From Minisyncoccota bacterium (GTDB taxonomy: Bacteria > Patescibacteriota > Minisyncoccia > Phycocordibacterales > SBAW01): 64,000 nt of DNA. Under the pieces are notes generated by a model. That model ran no database searches. It was not told the DNA's origin and worked only from the letters and a program-made list of their open reading frames with translations. Both the position numbers and the translations under genes were made by a program. Shown piece by piece: positions 47,926 to 59,529 of the stretch (position 1 is the first letter of the stretch; every line of letters begins with the position of its first letter). The stretch covers positions 1,104-65,103 of the forward strand of contig DASZRD010000007.1 of the NCBI GenBank assembly GCA_035549255.1, written 5' to 3'.

Positions 47926-50900
47926 ATGATCGCGATCTGGAAATTTTTCCTCGAGAAGCGCAGGTTCACGCTGCTCCTTATCGCGGCACTCGTGCTATGG
48001 GGCAGCATCGCCGCCATAAAGATTACGAAGGAGTCCGCGCCCGAGGTCTCGATCCCGGTCGGTATCGTTACGACCGTGCTCCCGGGCGCCTCGGCGGCCG
48101 ATGTCGAGCGGCTTGTCACCGACAAGATGGAGGAGCATCTCGCCAACATCGAGAACCTCGATACCCTTACCTCGACATCGCGCGACGGTATCTCGTCGGT
48201 CGTGGTGCAATTCCTCGCCTCTGCGGACCTCGACAAATCTATTGCTACGCTTAAGGACGACGTCGACAAGGCCAAGCCCGATCTGCCCGCAGAGGCGCAA
48301 GACCCTATCGTAAGCGACGTGAACTTCGTCGACCAGCCGGTGCTTATCATCTCCGTTTCCGCTGATCAGCCGTTCGCGCAGCTCGCCGAGCTTGGCGACA
48401 CGGTCAAGGACGAACTCCAAACGGTCCCGGGCGTCTCGCGCGTCGATGTGTCCGGCGTGCGCAACCGCGAGATCGATATCGTCGTACGCAAGGCGGCTCT
48501 CGCGCAGTACGGACTCTCATTGCCGCAGATAACCTCCGCTATCGCGGCGGCGAACTCCTCGTTGCCCGTAGGGCAAATTACAGTCGATAACGTCAATTAC
48601 AACATCGCCTTCGAAGGCAGCTTCGACACTGTCTCCGATATCGGCTCTGTCGCGATCCTCAATGTCGGCGGTCAGGTCATTTATTTGCGCGACATCGCTG
48701 ATGTCTCCGACGGGGTGGAAGAGGCGACCAGCTACTCGCGCGTATCGGTCTCGGGCAAGCCCTCGGAGCAGGCTATGACGCTCCTTGTCTACAAAGTGCG
48801 CGGCCAGGACGTGACGACGGTCACGAAGGCCGTCCGCGCGAAGCTTGCCGACCTCCAGTCGACAACGCTGAGTGGCAGCCAAGTCGTCGTCTCGCTCGAT
48901 GCGGGCGACGAGGTAGAGACCGACCTCACCGAGCTCACGCGCACGGGGCTCGAGACCATGGCACTCGTCATGCTCGCGCTTTTCGCGACGATCGGCTGGC
49001 GCGAGGCGGTCGTCGCCGGGCTGTCGATACCGCTTTCGTTCCTTATTGCATTCATAGGGCTGCTCTACTCGGGCAACACGCTCAACTTCGTATCGCTTTT
49101 CTCCCTCATCCTCGCGATCGGCATCCTAGTCGACTCCGGGATCGTAGTCGTCGAGGCGATCCACACCCGTATCCGCAAATTCGGCAATAAAGAAGTCGCC
49201 GCGGTCGAGGCTGTGCGCGAGTACGGCTGGCCGCTCATGGGCGGCACTTTAGCGACAGTCTCCTTCTTCGTGCCGCTCTTCTTTATCTCCGGCATCGTCG
49301 GCAAGTTCATAGCCTCGATCCCCTTCACGCTCATCTTTGTGCTTGTCGCGAGCATCGTCGTCGCGCTCGGCCTCGTACCCACGCTTGCAATCCTCTTCTC
49401 GCACACCGAGCACGATACGCCATTCCTCAAATTACAGGAGGAATACGCCGAGAAGGCACGCGCATGGTATGCCGACAAGCTGCGCCGCTTCTTCGCGCAT
49501 CGTGCGTGGCAGAACCGCTTCCTGTGGGGCATGACCGCGGCATTTATTCTTGCGCTCATGCTGCCCATGTTGGGACTCCTCCAAACAACCTTCTTCCCGC
49601 AGGGCGACAGCGATTATCTTTACGCCGACATCGAGCTTCCGCCGGGCTCTTCTCTTGGCCAGAGCGACTTGGCAGCGCGCGAGGTCGAGGAGATCCTCTA
49701 CAACGACCCGAATATCGCCTCGTTCGTGACCGAGGTAGGCGCATCGAGCGAGTTCGGCAACAACCCGCAGAGTGATCCGCGCTTTGCGAACCTTACTATC
49801 AATCTTCCGAAAGACCGCAAGGAATCGAGTACCGATATACTGCAGAACATACGCAAAGAATTATCAGTCATAACGGATGCAAAAATCACCGCCGATGAGC
49901 CGAGCGGCGGCCCGCCGGTTGGCGCCGCGATCGACCTGAAGTTCATGGGCGATGATCAAGACTCGCTCGATCAGGCCGTGGCGATGGCACGAAGCGCACT
50001 TGAAGCAACGCCGGGCGCTACCAACATCGACGCGACCAACAAGAACGAGACGACCGAGTTTACGCTCACGATCGACCGCGCGAAGCTCGCCCAGGTCGGC
50101 CTCTCTCCAGCGATCGTCGCCTCGACGCTGCGCACAGCAGTCTCGGGCACTAAGGCGACCTCGATATCCGGGACCGATCAGGATGTCGATGTGAATGTGT
50201 ATCTCGACCTCAATCCTGATGCGACCGACCCGCACCAGAATACAAACACGACGCTCGATTCGCTCAACCAGATCCCGGTGCCGACGCCAAGCGGTGACAC
50301 CGTGCTTTTGGGCTCACTCCTTGAGGAAGGCATCACGCGCAATAATTCGGTGATCAATCACGAAGACCGCAAGAAGGTCGTCGAGCTTACCGCCGACACG
50401 CTCCCCGGTTACACGGCGGGCGGCGTCCTCGCGGCATACCAGCATACAATGGATGACGCTAAGCTCCCTGCAGGCGTTACGAGCGAGGTAGCCGGAGAAA
50501 ACGAGCAGACCAACGAGTCGTTTATCGAGATGGGTTACGCGCTTCTGGCTGGTGTGGCGCTCACCTTCTTCATTCTGGTGCTCGCGTTCAACTCATATCG
50601 TTTCGCGGGATACCTCCTCATGCTCGTACCGCTCTCGCTCATCGGCGTGTTCGGCGGATTGTTCCTCACCGCGCAGACGCTCTCGTTTTCCTCGCTGCTC
50701 GGCGTCATCGCACTCGCGGGCGTGATCATCAATCACGCGATCATCCTCATGGATTCGATCATTCAGCGCATCAAAGTTGGCAACGGCCGCGCGCTTACCG
50801 ACATTATTGTTGAGGCAGCCGTATCGCGACTGCGCCCTATTGTTCTCACGACCGTTACAACCGTAATTGGCATGATCCCGCTTACCTACGCCTCGGCGCT

Positions 50901-51039
50901 CTGGGGACCGCTCGCCTTCGCAATCCTCTTCGGCCTCTCATTCGCTATGATTTTGACGCTCGTGCTCATCCCGACCTTGGTCTACCGTTGGCCGGGCAGG
51001 CTGCCGGATGGCATCATCCGCGAGCCTGGCAAAAACTAA
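47926..51039 (+). CDS. efflux RND transporter permease (AcrB/HAE family)
   Basis: 1037 aa, a 12-TM pseudo-repeat with two large periplasmic loops. The N-terminal IAIWKFFLEKRRFTLLLIAALVLWGS is typical of AcrB-type pumps. Confidence 0.85.
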   Translation: MIAIWKFFLEKRRFTLLLIAALVLWGSIAAIKITKESAPEVSIPVGIVTTVLPGASAADVERLVTDKMEEHLANIENLDTLTSTSRDGISSVVVQFLASADLDKSIATLKDDVDKAKPDLPAEAQDPIVSDVNFVDQPVLIISVSADQPFAQLAELGDTVKDELQTVPGVSRVDVSGVRNREIDIVVRKAALAQYGLSLPQITSAIAAANSSLPVGQITVDNVNYNIAFEGSFDTVSDIGSVAILNVGGQVIYLRDIADVSDGVEEATSYSRVSVSGKPSEQAMTLLVYKVRGQDVTTVTKAVRAKLADLQSTTLSGSQVVVSLDAGDEVETDLTELTRTGLETMALVMLALFATIGWREAVVAGLSIPLSFLIAFIGLLYSGNTLNFVSLFSLILAIGILVDSGIVVVEAIHTRIRKFGNKEVAAVEAVREYGWPLMGGTLATVSFFVPLFFISGIVGKFIASIPFTLIFVLVASIVVALGLVPTLAILFSHTEHDTPFLKLQEEYAEKARAWYADKLRRFFAHRAWQNRFLWGMTAAFILALMLPMLGLLQTTFFPQGDSDYLYADIELPPGSSLGQSDLAAREVEEILYNDPNIASFVTEVGASSEFGNNPQSDPRFANLTINLPKDRKESSTDILQNIRKELSVITDAKITADEPSGGPPVGAAIDLKFMGDDQDSLDQAVAMARSALEATPGATNIDATNKNETTEFTLTIDRAKLAQVGLSPAIVASTLRTAVSGTKATSISGTDQDVDVNVYLDLNPDATDPHQNTNTTLDSLNQIPVPTPSGDTVLLGSLLEEGITRNNSVINHEDRKKVVELTADTLPGYTAGGVLAAYQHTMDDAKLPAGVTSEVAGENEQTNESFIEMGYALLAGVALTFFILVLAFNSYRFAGYLLMLVPLSLIGVFGGLFLTAQTLSFSSLLGVIALAGVIINHAIILMDSIIQRIKVGNGRALTDIIVEAAVSRLRPIVLTTVTTVIGMIPLTYASALWGPLAFAILFGLSFAMILTLVLIPTLVYRWPGRLPDGIIREPGKN

Positions 51040-51657
51040 TTACTCGGCAAACTCGCCCAGATGCGCGACTTTGCGGCGCCATTCGTTGCGCTTCCACTCG
51101 GGCGCGGTTTCGCTTGGGCCAAACAAACTTAATCGCACGCGGAAGCCGGCGAACCAGAGTATCGCCATCTTGATCTCGTTGGTATAGTCACCGAACAGAA
51201 GCCAGATCATCAGCGGATGCGTGCCGGAGAGTATGAACACGCGCGAGGTCTTGCCTTTGAGGCGCTTGCGCCAGCCGAGCGCGGGCGTGCCCTGCTTAGT
51301 TTTGCGCATATTAAAGGCAAATCCGGGGAGCCACATGCGGTCAAAGAGACCCTTGAGGAGGGCGGGCATCGTCCCCCACCAATTGGGATAGAAGAGCACG
51401 AAGTGGTCGCACCAAATAATCGATGCTTGTAATCTTTTCAGGTCGGGCTCGAGTTCTTGGATCGTCTTGTACCCCTTATGGAGGATCGGATCAAATTTCA
51501 TCTCGCCCAAGTGGAAGCGCTGCACCTCGTGGCCGGCCTTCTTGGCCGACTCCTCATAGAGGAGCGCCATGGTGCTCGACATCGTAGGCGCAGGGTCGGG
51601 ATGCGCCACGAGTATCGTGATCTTTTTTTTCTTCGAATGATCGTGGAAAAAGCTCAT
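51040..51657 (-). CDS. flavodoxin-like fold NAD(P)H-dependent oxidoreductase (NQO1/MdaB/KefG-like)
   Basis: 205 aa with N-terminal KITILVAHPDP...S and a flavodoxin_2-type layout. Confidence 0.6.
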   Translation of the reverse strand: MSFFHDHSKKKKITILVAHPDPAPTMSSTMALLYEESAKKAGHEVQRFHLGEMKFDPILHKGYKTIQELEPDLKRLQASIIWCDHFVLFYPNWWGTMPALLKGLFDRMWLPGFAFNMRKTKQGTPALGWRKRLKGKTSRVFILSGTHPLMIWLLFGDYTNEIKMAILWFAGFRVRLSLFGPSETAPEWKRNEWRRKVAHLGEFAE

Positions 51658-51672
51658 GTGCGTTCGTGATTA

Positions 51673-52650
51673 TTATACGGCAGCGGCGCGCAGCTGCGAC
51701 TCCATGTCAGCCTGCGAACGCGGCATCACGCGGATCGCCGGCAAATTCGACGGCGGCGGGGCGCTCGGGTCAGCGGGCTTGCGCGGCACCATCGGCTCGT
51801 CGCGAGGCTTCTGCGGCGCCGGAGGCGCTATCTGCTCGGGCTTCTGGGGTATCGGCGGAGGTATGGGTTTGGAAGGGAGTGGTGGCACCGGCGCAGGAAT
51901 CTCGACCTTAGGCTGCGGAGGCGCGACTATCGGCTGAGGCTTTGGAAGTTCAACGACAACCACAGGCTTAGGTGCGGGCGGAGGCGGCATTTCACGCTTC
52001 ATCGCCGGAGCGGCAATCGGCTTGAGTGCCGGCGGCGGAGCTTTTTTGACGACAGGTAGGGGTTTATGCACCGCGAGAGGAGGCGCTGCTTTATGCTGCG
52101 GCTTGTGCTCAACGGGCGCGGCAGTGTGCTTGCGCGCACCTACGTGCGGGAGATGCAGCATATGCACGACCGCCACGAAAGATGCAATGAAGCCGATATT
52201 CCAAATGACATACAGGAATATGAGATCGCCCCATGTCGCGATGGGCGCAAGGATATGGAGCAGAAAAAGCGCATACCACTGCGAAGCAACGCTTCCCTCC
52301 CACCAATAGTTGGCGAATGGCCTCCCCCACTGGCCGAGCTCTGCGGCCGCGACGCCGCCGATCAGGAGCCACTTGAAGAGGAATGCGGGCTCGAGCACGA
52401 TGTCCGAGGCGCCCGAGAAAATATGCAGGAGCGTGATCGCAGCGCCCGAGGCGATCATGAGCCACAACCCCCAGCCGAGCACCTTGTGGACCGCACGGCC
52501 GAACTGCTCTTCCTTGGGCTCGATGACGCCGTCGCGGGCGGAGAGGAAGTAGACGATGAGGATGATCGTCTCGCCACCGACACCCATCATGACGCCCAGC
52601 TGCTGGACGCAATAGAGGATGAGGTTGACCACATCAACCGAAAAGGACAT
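51673..52650 (-). CDS. hypothetical membrane protein with C-terminal proline-rich repeat tail
   Basis: 325 aa with ~6 TM helices, then ~130 aa of PxP/KP repeats (PPLAVHKPLPVVKKAPPPALKP...). Confidence 0.5.
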   Translation of the reverse strand: MSFSVDVVNLILYCVQQLGVMMGVGGETIILIVYFLSARDGVIEPKEEQFGRAVHKVLGWGLWLMIASGAAITLLHIFSGASDIVLEPAFLFKWLLIGGVAAAELGQWGRPFANYWWEGSVASQWYALFLLHILAPIATWGDLIFLYVIWNIGFIASFVAVVHMLHLPHVGARKHTAAPVEHKPQHKAAPPLAVHKPLPVVKKAPPPALKPIAAPAMKREMPPPPAPKPVVVVELPKPQPIVAPPQPKVEIPAPVPPLPSKPIPPPIPQKPEQIAPPAPQKPRDEPMVPRKPADPSAPPPSNLPAIRVMPRSQADMESQLRAAAV

Positions 52651-52677
52651 GGCATAAATTCTAGCACGGGATTTTTG

Positions 52678-52750
52678 TGGACCGTACCGGGATCGAACCG
52701 GTTACCTCTTCCATGCCATGGAAGCGCTCTACCAAGTGAGCTAACGGCCC
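52678..52750 (-). tRNA. tRNA-Ala (anticodon GGC)
   Basis: 73-nt cloverleaf GGGCCGTTAGCTCACTTGGTAGAGCGCTTCCATGGCATGGAAGAGGTAACCGGTTCGATCCCGGTACGGTCCA. It has a G3:U70 Ala identity pair, an ATGGCAT anticodon loop and a GGTTCGATCC T-arm. CCA is not encoded. Confidence 0.8.
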
Positions 52751-52863
52751 GTGTGCGGACATTGTACACGACCCGTAAAAATTTGACAAAGAAAACTATT
52801 ATCGTTATACAGAATAGCGGCAAACCGCCATCTCCACCATTCAGATTTTTACGAGGAGACGTG

Positions 52864-53259
52864 ATGCTCTTTATACCGAATATGCACGGCGAAGCCGAGC
52901 TTGAACGCCGCGGGCTGCGCGGCATCTGCAGCCGCCTGCTGAAGCGCCTCGAGAAGGCAGCGAGTGGCATCCAGCTTGGGTCCGCCGACACGCTCTATGT
53001 CTCGATTGGTCCCAATTGCAGGGCCGACCGGAAGCTGCCGGACTTTGAGCCGCCGGCCTACATCAACTGCAAGCTGCTGAAGGACGGCCGCGTTGCCGTG
53101 GGGCCGGTGGGGTTCTACCTGTACAGTAAGGACGGCGTCGCCACGGCGCACTTCGACAGCAATGGCCACCCCAAGGTTTACGTCAATACCGTCGACGCCA
53201 CCCTGGACGAGGCAATTTCACACGTGTTCGAGCGATTCGAACGCCGCGCCGCAGCCTAA
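52864..53259 (+). CDS. hypothetical protein
   Basis: 131 aa C-terminal portion of a long track ORF. The upstream part is antisense to the Pro-rich membrane protein gene and the tRNA. The ATG (MLFIPNMHGE...) follows the tRNA, and a terminator follows the stop. Confidence 0.4.
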   Translation: MLFIPNMHGEAELERRGLRGICSRLLKRLEKAASGIQLGSADTLYVSIGPNCRADRKLPDFEPPAYINCKLLKDGRVAVGPVGFYLYSKDGVATAHFDSNGHPKVYVNTVDATLDEAISHVFERFERRAAA

Positions 53260-53278
53260 CATACCAACTCGCCACGAG

Positions 53279-53316
53279 AAAACCCGCCGCGGGTTTGCGT
53301 GGCGGGTTTTTATTTT
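53279..53316. terminator. bidirectional rho-independent terminator
   Basis: An acccgcc/ggcgggt stem overlaps an aaacccg/cgggttt stem, followed by ttttatttt. It lies between the convergent 52864..53259 ORF and atpC. Confidence 0.55.
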
Positions 53317-53326
53317 CCAAAAAAAT

Positions 53327-53563
53327 TTAGAGGATGATGGTCACGCCTTCTTGGCGGACTTCAAGCACACCGCCCTCGATCGGGATCTCGCGCGGAGATC
53401 CCTCTTGCGTCTCCCGGAGCACAATAGTACCCGGCTTGAGCGTCGTGATGAGCGGCATATGCTCACCGAGGACCGTCATCTCGCCGTCCGCGGCGGGCAC
53501 GGTCATGGAGTGCGCCTCGCCGTCATAGAAGACCTCGTCGACTTTTGCGATTACGACATGCAT
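53327..53563 (-). CDS. atpC: F0F1 ATP synthase subunit epsilon, short form (beta-sandwich domain only)
   Basis: 78 aa, ...EGEAHSMTVPAADGEMTVLGEHMPLITTLKPG..., at the last position of the atp operon. It lacks the C-terminal helical hairpin. Confidence 0.8.
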   Translation of the reverse strand: MHVVIAKVDEVFYDGEAHSMTVPAADGEMTVLGEHMPLITTLKPGTIVLRETQEGSPREIPIEGGVLEVRQEGVTIIL

Positions 53564-53655
53564 TACTTTCTTTTTATAACGAAGAGTATGAGCAAGACTA
53601 TGCCGATAGTGACCAAAACTGCGACCGAAGCTCCAATGGTGAGATGATCCGTCAT
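53563..53655 (-). CDS. putative 30-aa hydrophobic peptide (single TM helix) between atpD and atpC
   Basis: Not in the track because it is under 60 aa. Reverse-complement translation gives MTDHLTIGASVAVLVTIGIVLLILFVIKRK. Its ATG lies 1 nt after the atpD stop, and its TAA shares one nucleotide with the atpC ATG (TAATG). Confidence 0.3.
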   Translation of the reverse strand: MTDHLTIGASVAVLVTIGIVLLILFVIKRK

Positions 53656-53656
53656 A

Positions 53657-55036
<1,380 letters not shown>

Positions 55037-55046
55037 TTACGTTAAG

Positions 55047-55964
55047 TTACGCTGCCATGGCCTCCATGCCACCGGTAATTTCTGACACCTCGCGTGTGAT
55101 CGCCGCCTGGCGCGCCTTGTTGAACTTGAGCGTGAGGCTCCCGCGCATCTCCCCCGCCTTGTCGCTCGCCGATTTCATCGCAACCATGCGCGCGGAATGT
55201 TCCGATGCCTGCGTCTCAAGCAGCGCATGGTAGACAAAAATGCTAGCCAAGCGCGGTAAGATGACACTGAACACCTCTGCCTCGCCGGGCTCGACGGTGT
55301 AGACCATATGCTCGGCGCTGGTGTCGGACTGCGCCGCGTAGACACCACGCACCGGCAAGATATCGTTCACGACAAGCTTTAGCTCCTCAAGCGAGAGCGG
55401 GAAGATCGTATGGAGGGTCGCGCGCTGCTCGAAGGTCGAGACGAAGTTCTGATAGCCGATTTTTACGATATCGACTTCGCCATCCATGAAGCGCTCTGCA
55501 GCGGCGTCGAGCATCTCGCGCATGACCGCAGAGTCGACTTGGTCAGTGTTGGCATAAAACTTACTCATGCTGTAGCCGCGCGTCGCGAAGAAGTCGTTCG
55601 CCTTGCGGCCGACCGCGATTACTTCGACCTGATCGGGCGAGAGATTCATGCTCTTGATATCGGCGGCGGCTGCGCGCAAGACGCCAGAGTTAAGTGCTCC
55701 GGCAAGGCCCTTGTCGGAGGTGATAATAATATAGAGTGCTCGAGTGATAGTGCGCGGTTGCGATAATGCATGGCTCATAAGCTCACGCGACGAAGAGGTG
55801 CGGGCAAGCACGGCGGTGGCCGCGCGAGCATACGCGCGGCCCGCGAGCGCCTTCTGCTGCGCTTTGCGCATCTTGGCAGCTGAGACAGCCTCCATAGCCT
55901 TGGTGACCTTCTGGGTCTTCTCGACGCTCTTGATCTTGGATTTTATTGCCTTAAGCCCTGCCAT
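55047..55964 (-). CDS. atpG: F0F1 ATP synthase subunit gamma
   Basis: 305 aa with N-terminal ...IKSVEKTQKVTKAMEAVSAAKMRKAQ and a C-terminal coiled coil. Confidence 0.9.
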   Translation of the reverse strand: MAGLKAIKSKIKSVEKTQKVTKAMEAVSAAKMRKAQQKALAGRAYARAATAVLARTSSSRELMSHALSQPRTITRALYIIITSDKGLAGALNSGVLRAAAADIKSMNLSPDQVEVIAVGRKANDFFATRGYSMSKFYANTDQVDSAVMREMLDAAAERFMDGEVDIVKIGYQNFVSTFEQRATLHTIFPLSLEELKLVVNDILPVRGVYAAQSDTSAEHMVYTVEPGEAEVFSVILPRLASIFVYHALLETQASEHSARMVAMKSASDKAGEMRGSLTLKFNKARQAAITREVSEITGGMEAMAA

Positions 55965-55966
55965 AT

Positions 55967-57532
55967 CTATTTATTACTGAAGAGGTCGGGATGCGCCTCG
56001 CGGAATTTAGCGAGCTGCGTCTTGAGCTCTTCTTCGGTCTGAGACGCGAGATCGCGCGCTCGCGCGATGCTCTCGAGCACCTCGGGGCGCTCCGCCTGAA
56101 GAAAAGCAATGAACTTCTCTTCGAACTCGGGCACACGATCCACAGCCACATCCTTAAGGTAGCCGTTGACTGCCGCGTAGATCGAGACGGTCTGGAGCTC
56201 GAAGCCTAAGGGGTTACCATTGCGTTGTTTGAGGACTGCCATCATGCGCTGGCCCGAGTCGATGCGGCGCTTAGTATCAGCATCAAGATCTTGCGAGAAT
56301 TGCATGAATGCTTCGAGTTCGCGGAATTGTGCGAGCTCAAGCTTGATCTTGCCGGAGACCTTCTTCATCGCCTTGGTCTGCGCGGCCGAACCTACACGCG
56401 AAACCGAGATGCCGGCGTTGATAGCCGGGCGGATGCCCTTGTTGAAGAGGTCGCTCTCAAGGAAGATCTGGCCATCGGTAATGGAGATCACGTTGGTCGG
56501 AATGTAGCCGGAGACGTCGTTCTCTTGTGTCTCGATGACTGGCAAAGCGGTCAGCGAGCCGCCTCCCTTTTCTTTGGAAAGTTTCGCCGCACGCTCAAGC
56601 AAGCGCGAATGGAGGTAGAAGACATCGCCCGGATATGCCTCGCGACCCGGCGGGCGGCGCAAGAGGAGTGAGAGCTGGCGATATGCAACGGCGTGCTTGG
56701 AGAGGTCGTCGTAGATCACGAGGGCGTCGCGGCCGTTGTCGAGGAAGTACTCGCCGACCGCGGCGCCTGCAAAGGGTGCCAAGTACTGAAGTGCTGCCGG
56801 AGAAGATGCGCCGGCGTCAACGACAATCGTGTACTCCATGGCGCCCGCCTCTTTGAGCTGCTGCACGATGCGCGCGGTCTTGCTCTCCTTCTGGCCGATC
56901 GAAACGTAGATGCAGATCGGGCGCGACTCCGTGGGCTCGGACTTCTGGTTGAGGATAGTGTCGATCGCAATCGTGGTCTTGCCGGTGTAGCGGTCGCCGA
57001 TAATGAGCTCGCGCTGGCCGCGGCCGATCGGGATCATCGAGTCGATCGCTTTGATGCCGGTATGGAGCGGCTGATTGACCGATTGGCGGTCCATGACGCC
57101 GTATGCCTCGCGCTCGATAGGATTGCGCTTGGCGGTCTTTAAAGCACCCTGGCCGTCGAGCGCTTCGCCGAGCGGTGAGACGACGCGGCCAATGAGTTCA
57201 TCACCTACCGGTATAGAAAGTACTTGGCCGGTCGACTCGACGCGCATGCCCTCGCGCACGGCGCCGGTGTCGCCCAAAATGATCGCGCGCACGGACTCCT
57301 CCTCGAGGTTAAGGATGACGCCGTACACGTTGTGCGAAGTTTCTATCGCGTCTTTGAGATCCTTGCCGTGGGCAGTATCAAATTTGACCATCTCCGACAT
57401 GACCGCGCCCGCGAGACCCTCGATCTCGGCGACGCCGTCAGACACGCGCAGCACGGTGCCCGCGGCGCGGGACTCTTTGGCCGGCACGAAGCCCTCGATT
57501 TCTTTTTTAAATTGTTCGATGAAATGTTCCAT
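55967..57532 (-). CDS. atpA: F0F1 ATP synthase subunit alpha
   Basis: P-loop GDRYTGKT, 521 aa. Confidence 0.95.
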   Translation of the reverse strand: MEHFIEQFKKEIEGFVPAKESRAAGTVLRVSDGVAEIEGLAGAVMSEMVKFDTAHGKDLKDAIETSHNVYGVILNLEEESVRAIILGDTGAVREGMRVESTGQVLSIPVGDELIGRVVSPLGEALDGQGALKTAKRNPIEREAYGVMDRQSVNQPLHTGIKAIDSMIPIGRGQRELIIGDRYTGKTTIAIDTILNQKSEPTESRPICIYVSIGQKESKTARIVQQLKEAGAMEYTIVVDAGASSPAALQYLAPFAGAAVGEYFLDNGRDALVIYDDLSKHAVAYRQLSLLLRRPPGREAYPGDVFYLHSRLLERAAKLSKEKGGGSLTALPVIETQENDVSGYIPTNVISITDGQIFLESDLFNKGIRPAINAGISVSRVGSAAQTKAMKKVSGKIKLELAQFRELEAFMQFSQDLDADTKRRIDSGQRMMAVLKQRNGNPLGFELQTVSIYAAVNGYLKDVAVDRVPEFEEKFIAFLQAERPEVLESIARARDLASQTEEELKTQLAKFREAHPDLFSNK

Positions 57533-57533
57533 A

Positions 57534-57785
57534 CTAGTTGCTTCCTACAAGTGTCCGATAGAGCTGCAGTAACATCCTGGTCTGCTCGCGCTCGGGAGTG
57601 ATTTGCTTATGCATCTCCATGCGCTCTTGCTTGGTCTCTAATTTTTCGTACTCGGCGAGGATGCGTGGGAGCAATTTTTCATGGCCGCGCCGAGCGAGAG
57701 CCTCGCGCAAGTTGGCGATTGCCTTTTTAGGGTCCCCTATGTCGGCCCGCGTGAGAGCCTGCGCATACATCGTCTCTAATGTCAT
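57534..57785 (-). CDS. atpH: F0F1 ATP synthase subunit delta-like, truncated (83 aa)
   Basis: The position between atpF and atpA and the N-terminal ...YAQAL... resemblance to the OSCP N-terminal helix bundle support the call. At 83 aa it is less than half the usual length. Confidence 0.45.
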   Translation of the reverse strand: MTLETMYAQALTRADIGDPKKAIANLREALARRGHEKLLPRILAEYEKLETKQERMEMHKQITPEREQTRMLLQLYRTLVGSN

Positions 57786-58231
57786 GTGCGCTTTTCCTTA
57801 AGCATCTTCTCAACGCCCAGCACGATCATCTTCGCGACCTCTTCCTTACTCTCGGTAATCGCCTGGGATTTGAGCTCCTTCGCCTGGCGTTCGCCTTCTT
57901 CAAGGATGCGCGCGGCAGCAGCCTCGCCGCCCGAGATAAGCTCGCGCTCCTTCGAGGTGCCTGCGGCGCGCGCCGCGGCGATGACCTGATCGGCTTCGCG
58001 GCCCGCGTCGGCGAGCTTCGACGCGCGGGCCGCCTCTATGGTATGCAGCTCTTCCTCGGCCTTCTGCGCGTCCTTCACTCCTTGCGCGACTTTGCTCCGC
58101 CGCTCCTCGAGCATGCGGCCGAGCGGCTTGTAGAGGAAATACCACAACCCGAGGATCAGGATGCCGAAGTTGACGGCGCTCACGAGGAGCAAGTGCCAGT
58201 CGACGCCGAAGGTTGTGAAGATTGCCGACAT
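57782..58231 (-). CDS. atpF: F0F1 ATP synthase subunit b
   Basis: 149 aa with one N-terminal TM helix and a long charged helix (AQ.A.EL...). Confidence 0.8.
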   Translation of the reverse strand: MSAIFTTFGVDWHLLLVSAVNFGILILGLWYFLYKPLGRMLEERRSKVAQGVKDAQKAEEELHTIEAARASKLADAGREADQVIAAARAAGTSKERELISGGEAAAARILEEGERQAKELKSQAITESKEEVAKMIVLGVEKMLKEKRT

Positions 58232-58341
58232 ACGTTATCTAGAGACAAAATTTTTCGAAAAAATAGTCTGGGAAGCTCCCCGAGGACTTTTTTTCGGGAA
58301 ATTTTGTTGGAAGTACATTTACGTGAATTTCTTTTTAATTG

Positions 58342-58600
<259 letters not shown>

Positions 58601-58616
58601 TTACTAATTACTTATA

Positions 58617-59396
58617 TTAATGGCTCGTTGCGTGCGACCCATGCGCCTGCGCGCTGCCGTGCGGCTCATCGATCGCCAGCTTGATATACGCGAGCGTCAA
58701 AATCGCGAATATCGCCGCCTGCAAGAGCCCGATGAAGAGCTCGAACGCCATGAACGGCACGGGCGCAAAATAGGGCGCGAAGAATCCGATGACCAGAAGA
58801 AGCGTCTCGCCCGCAAAGACCGTCCCGAAGAGACGGAATGAAAGCGAGACAAGACGCGCAAGATTGCCGATAATCTCGAGCAGCCCGACGATAAAGCCTA
58901 TCGCGCCTCCACTGAAATTAACAAATTTCGAGCCATATTTCAAGATGCCGAGCGTGAGTATTCCAGAAATCTCGACCACGAAAAACGAGATGATCGCGAG
59001 CGTGAGCGTCGTATTAAGGTCGGAAGTCAGCACATGTAAGAGGGGCACGCGCGCATCCCCCCCGCCGACGGTGAGCGTGCCGAAGACCGGCAATATCTCC
59101 ATGAGATTCGCGGCCAATACGAAGAGGAAGATCGTTGCGATGAGCGGGAAATAACGCCGCACCAGTTTGTCGCTGCCGAGGGTGCCGTGCATATAGCCGT
59201 AGACGTACTCGTACGCCATCTCGACGGCGCTCTGCACCTTGCCGGGTATGAGCGTAAGATTGCGGCCGATGAAGAACGCCGCGATAAGGAGCGCCGCCAT
59301 CACGAGCCACATCGTGACGATCGTGTTGGTGATAGGCATCCCCCACACGCTAAATAAGCGCTCGGACGCGAGCGTAATATGCAGTCCTGACTCCAT
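58617..59396 (-). CDS. atpB: F0F1 ATP synthase subunit a
   Basis: 259 aa with 5-6 TM helices, and conserved Arg in the ...LSFRLFGT... helix 4. Confidence 0.85.
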   Translation of the reverse strand: MESGLHITLASERLFSVWGMPITNTIVTMWLVMAALLIAAFFIGRNLTLIPGKVQSAVEMAYEYVYGYMHGTLGSDKLVRRYFPLIATIFLFVLAANLMEILPVFGTLTVGGGDARVPLLHVLTSDLNTTLTLAIISFFVVEISGILTLGILKYGSKFVNFSGGAIGFIVGLLEIIGNLARLVSLSFRLFGTVFAGETLLLVIGFFAPYFAPVPFMAFELFIGLLQAAIFAILTLAYIKLAIDEPHGSAQAHGSHATSH

Positions 59397-59477
59397 AAAT
59401 ACGTATACATACTAGCACGGGAGCGCGGCTTTTGAAAATTAATTTCGATACAAAAGAAGCCAACCGGTCAATAGGGC

Positions 59478-59512
59478 ACAACAAAACCTCCCATCAGGGG
59501 AGGTTTTGTTGT
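59478..59512. terminator. 15-bp perfect hairpin downstream of the large surface-protein gene
   Basis: acaacaaaacctccc-atcag-gggaggttttgttgt, 18 nt past the stop of the 59530..62997 gene. A T-rich run follows on the plus strand. Confidence 0.45.
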
Positions 59513-59529
59513 TTCCGTTTATTATTTTA

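Noticed and set aside
52066-52863. N-terminal 266 codons of the long plus-strand ORF 52066..53259
   Set aside because: This part is antisense to the Pro-rich membrane protein gene and runs through the tRNA-Ala gene. Only the portion after the tRNA (from the ATG at 52864) is a plausible gene.
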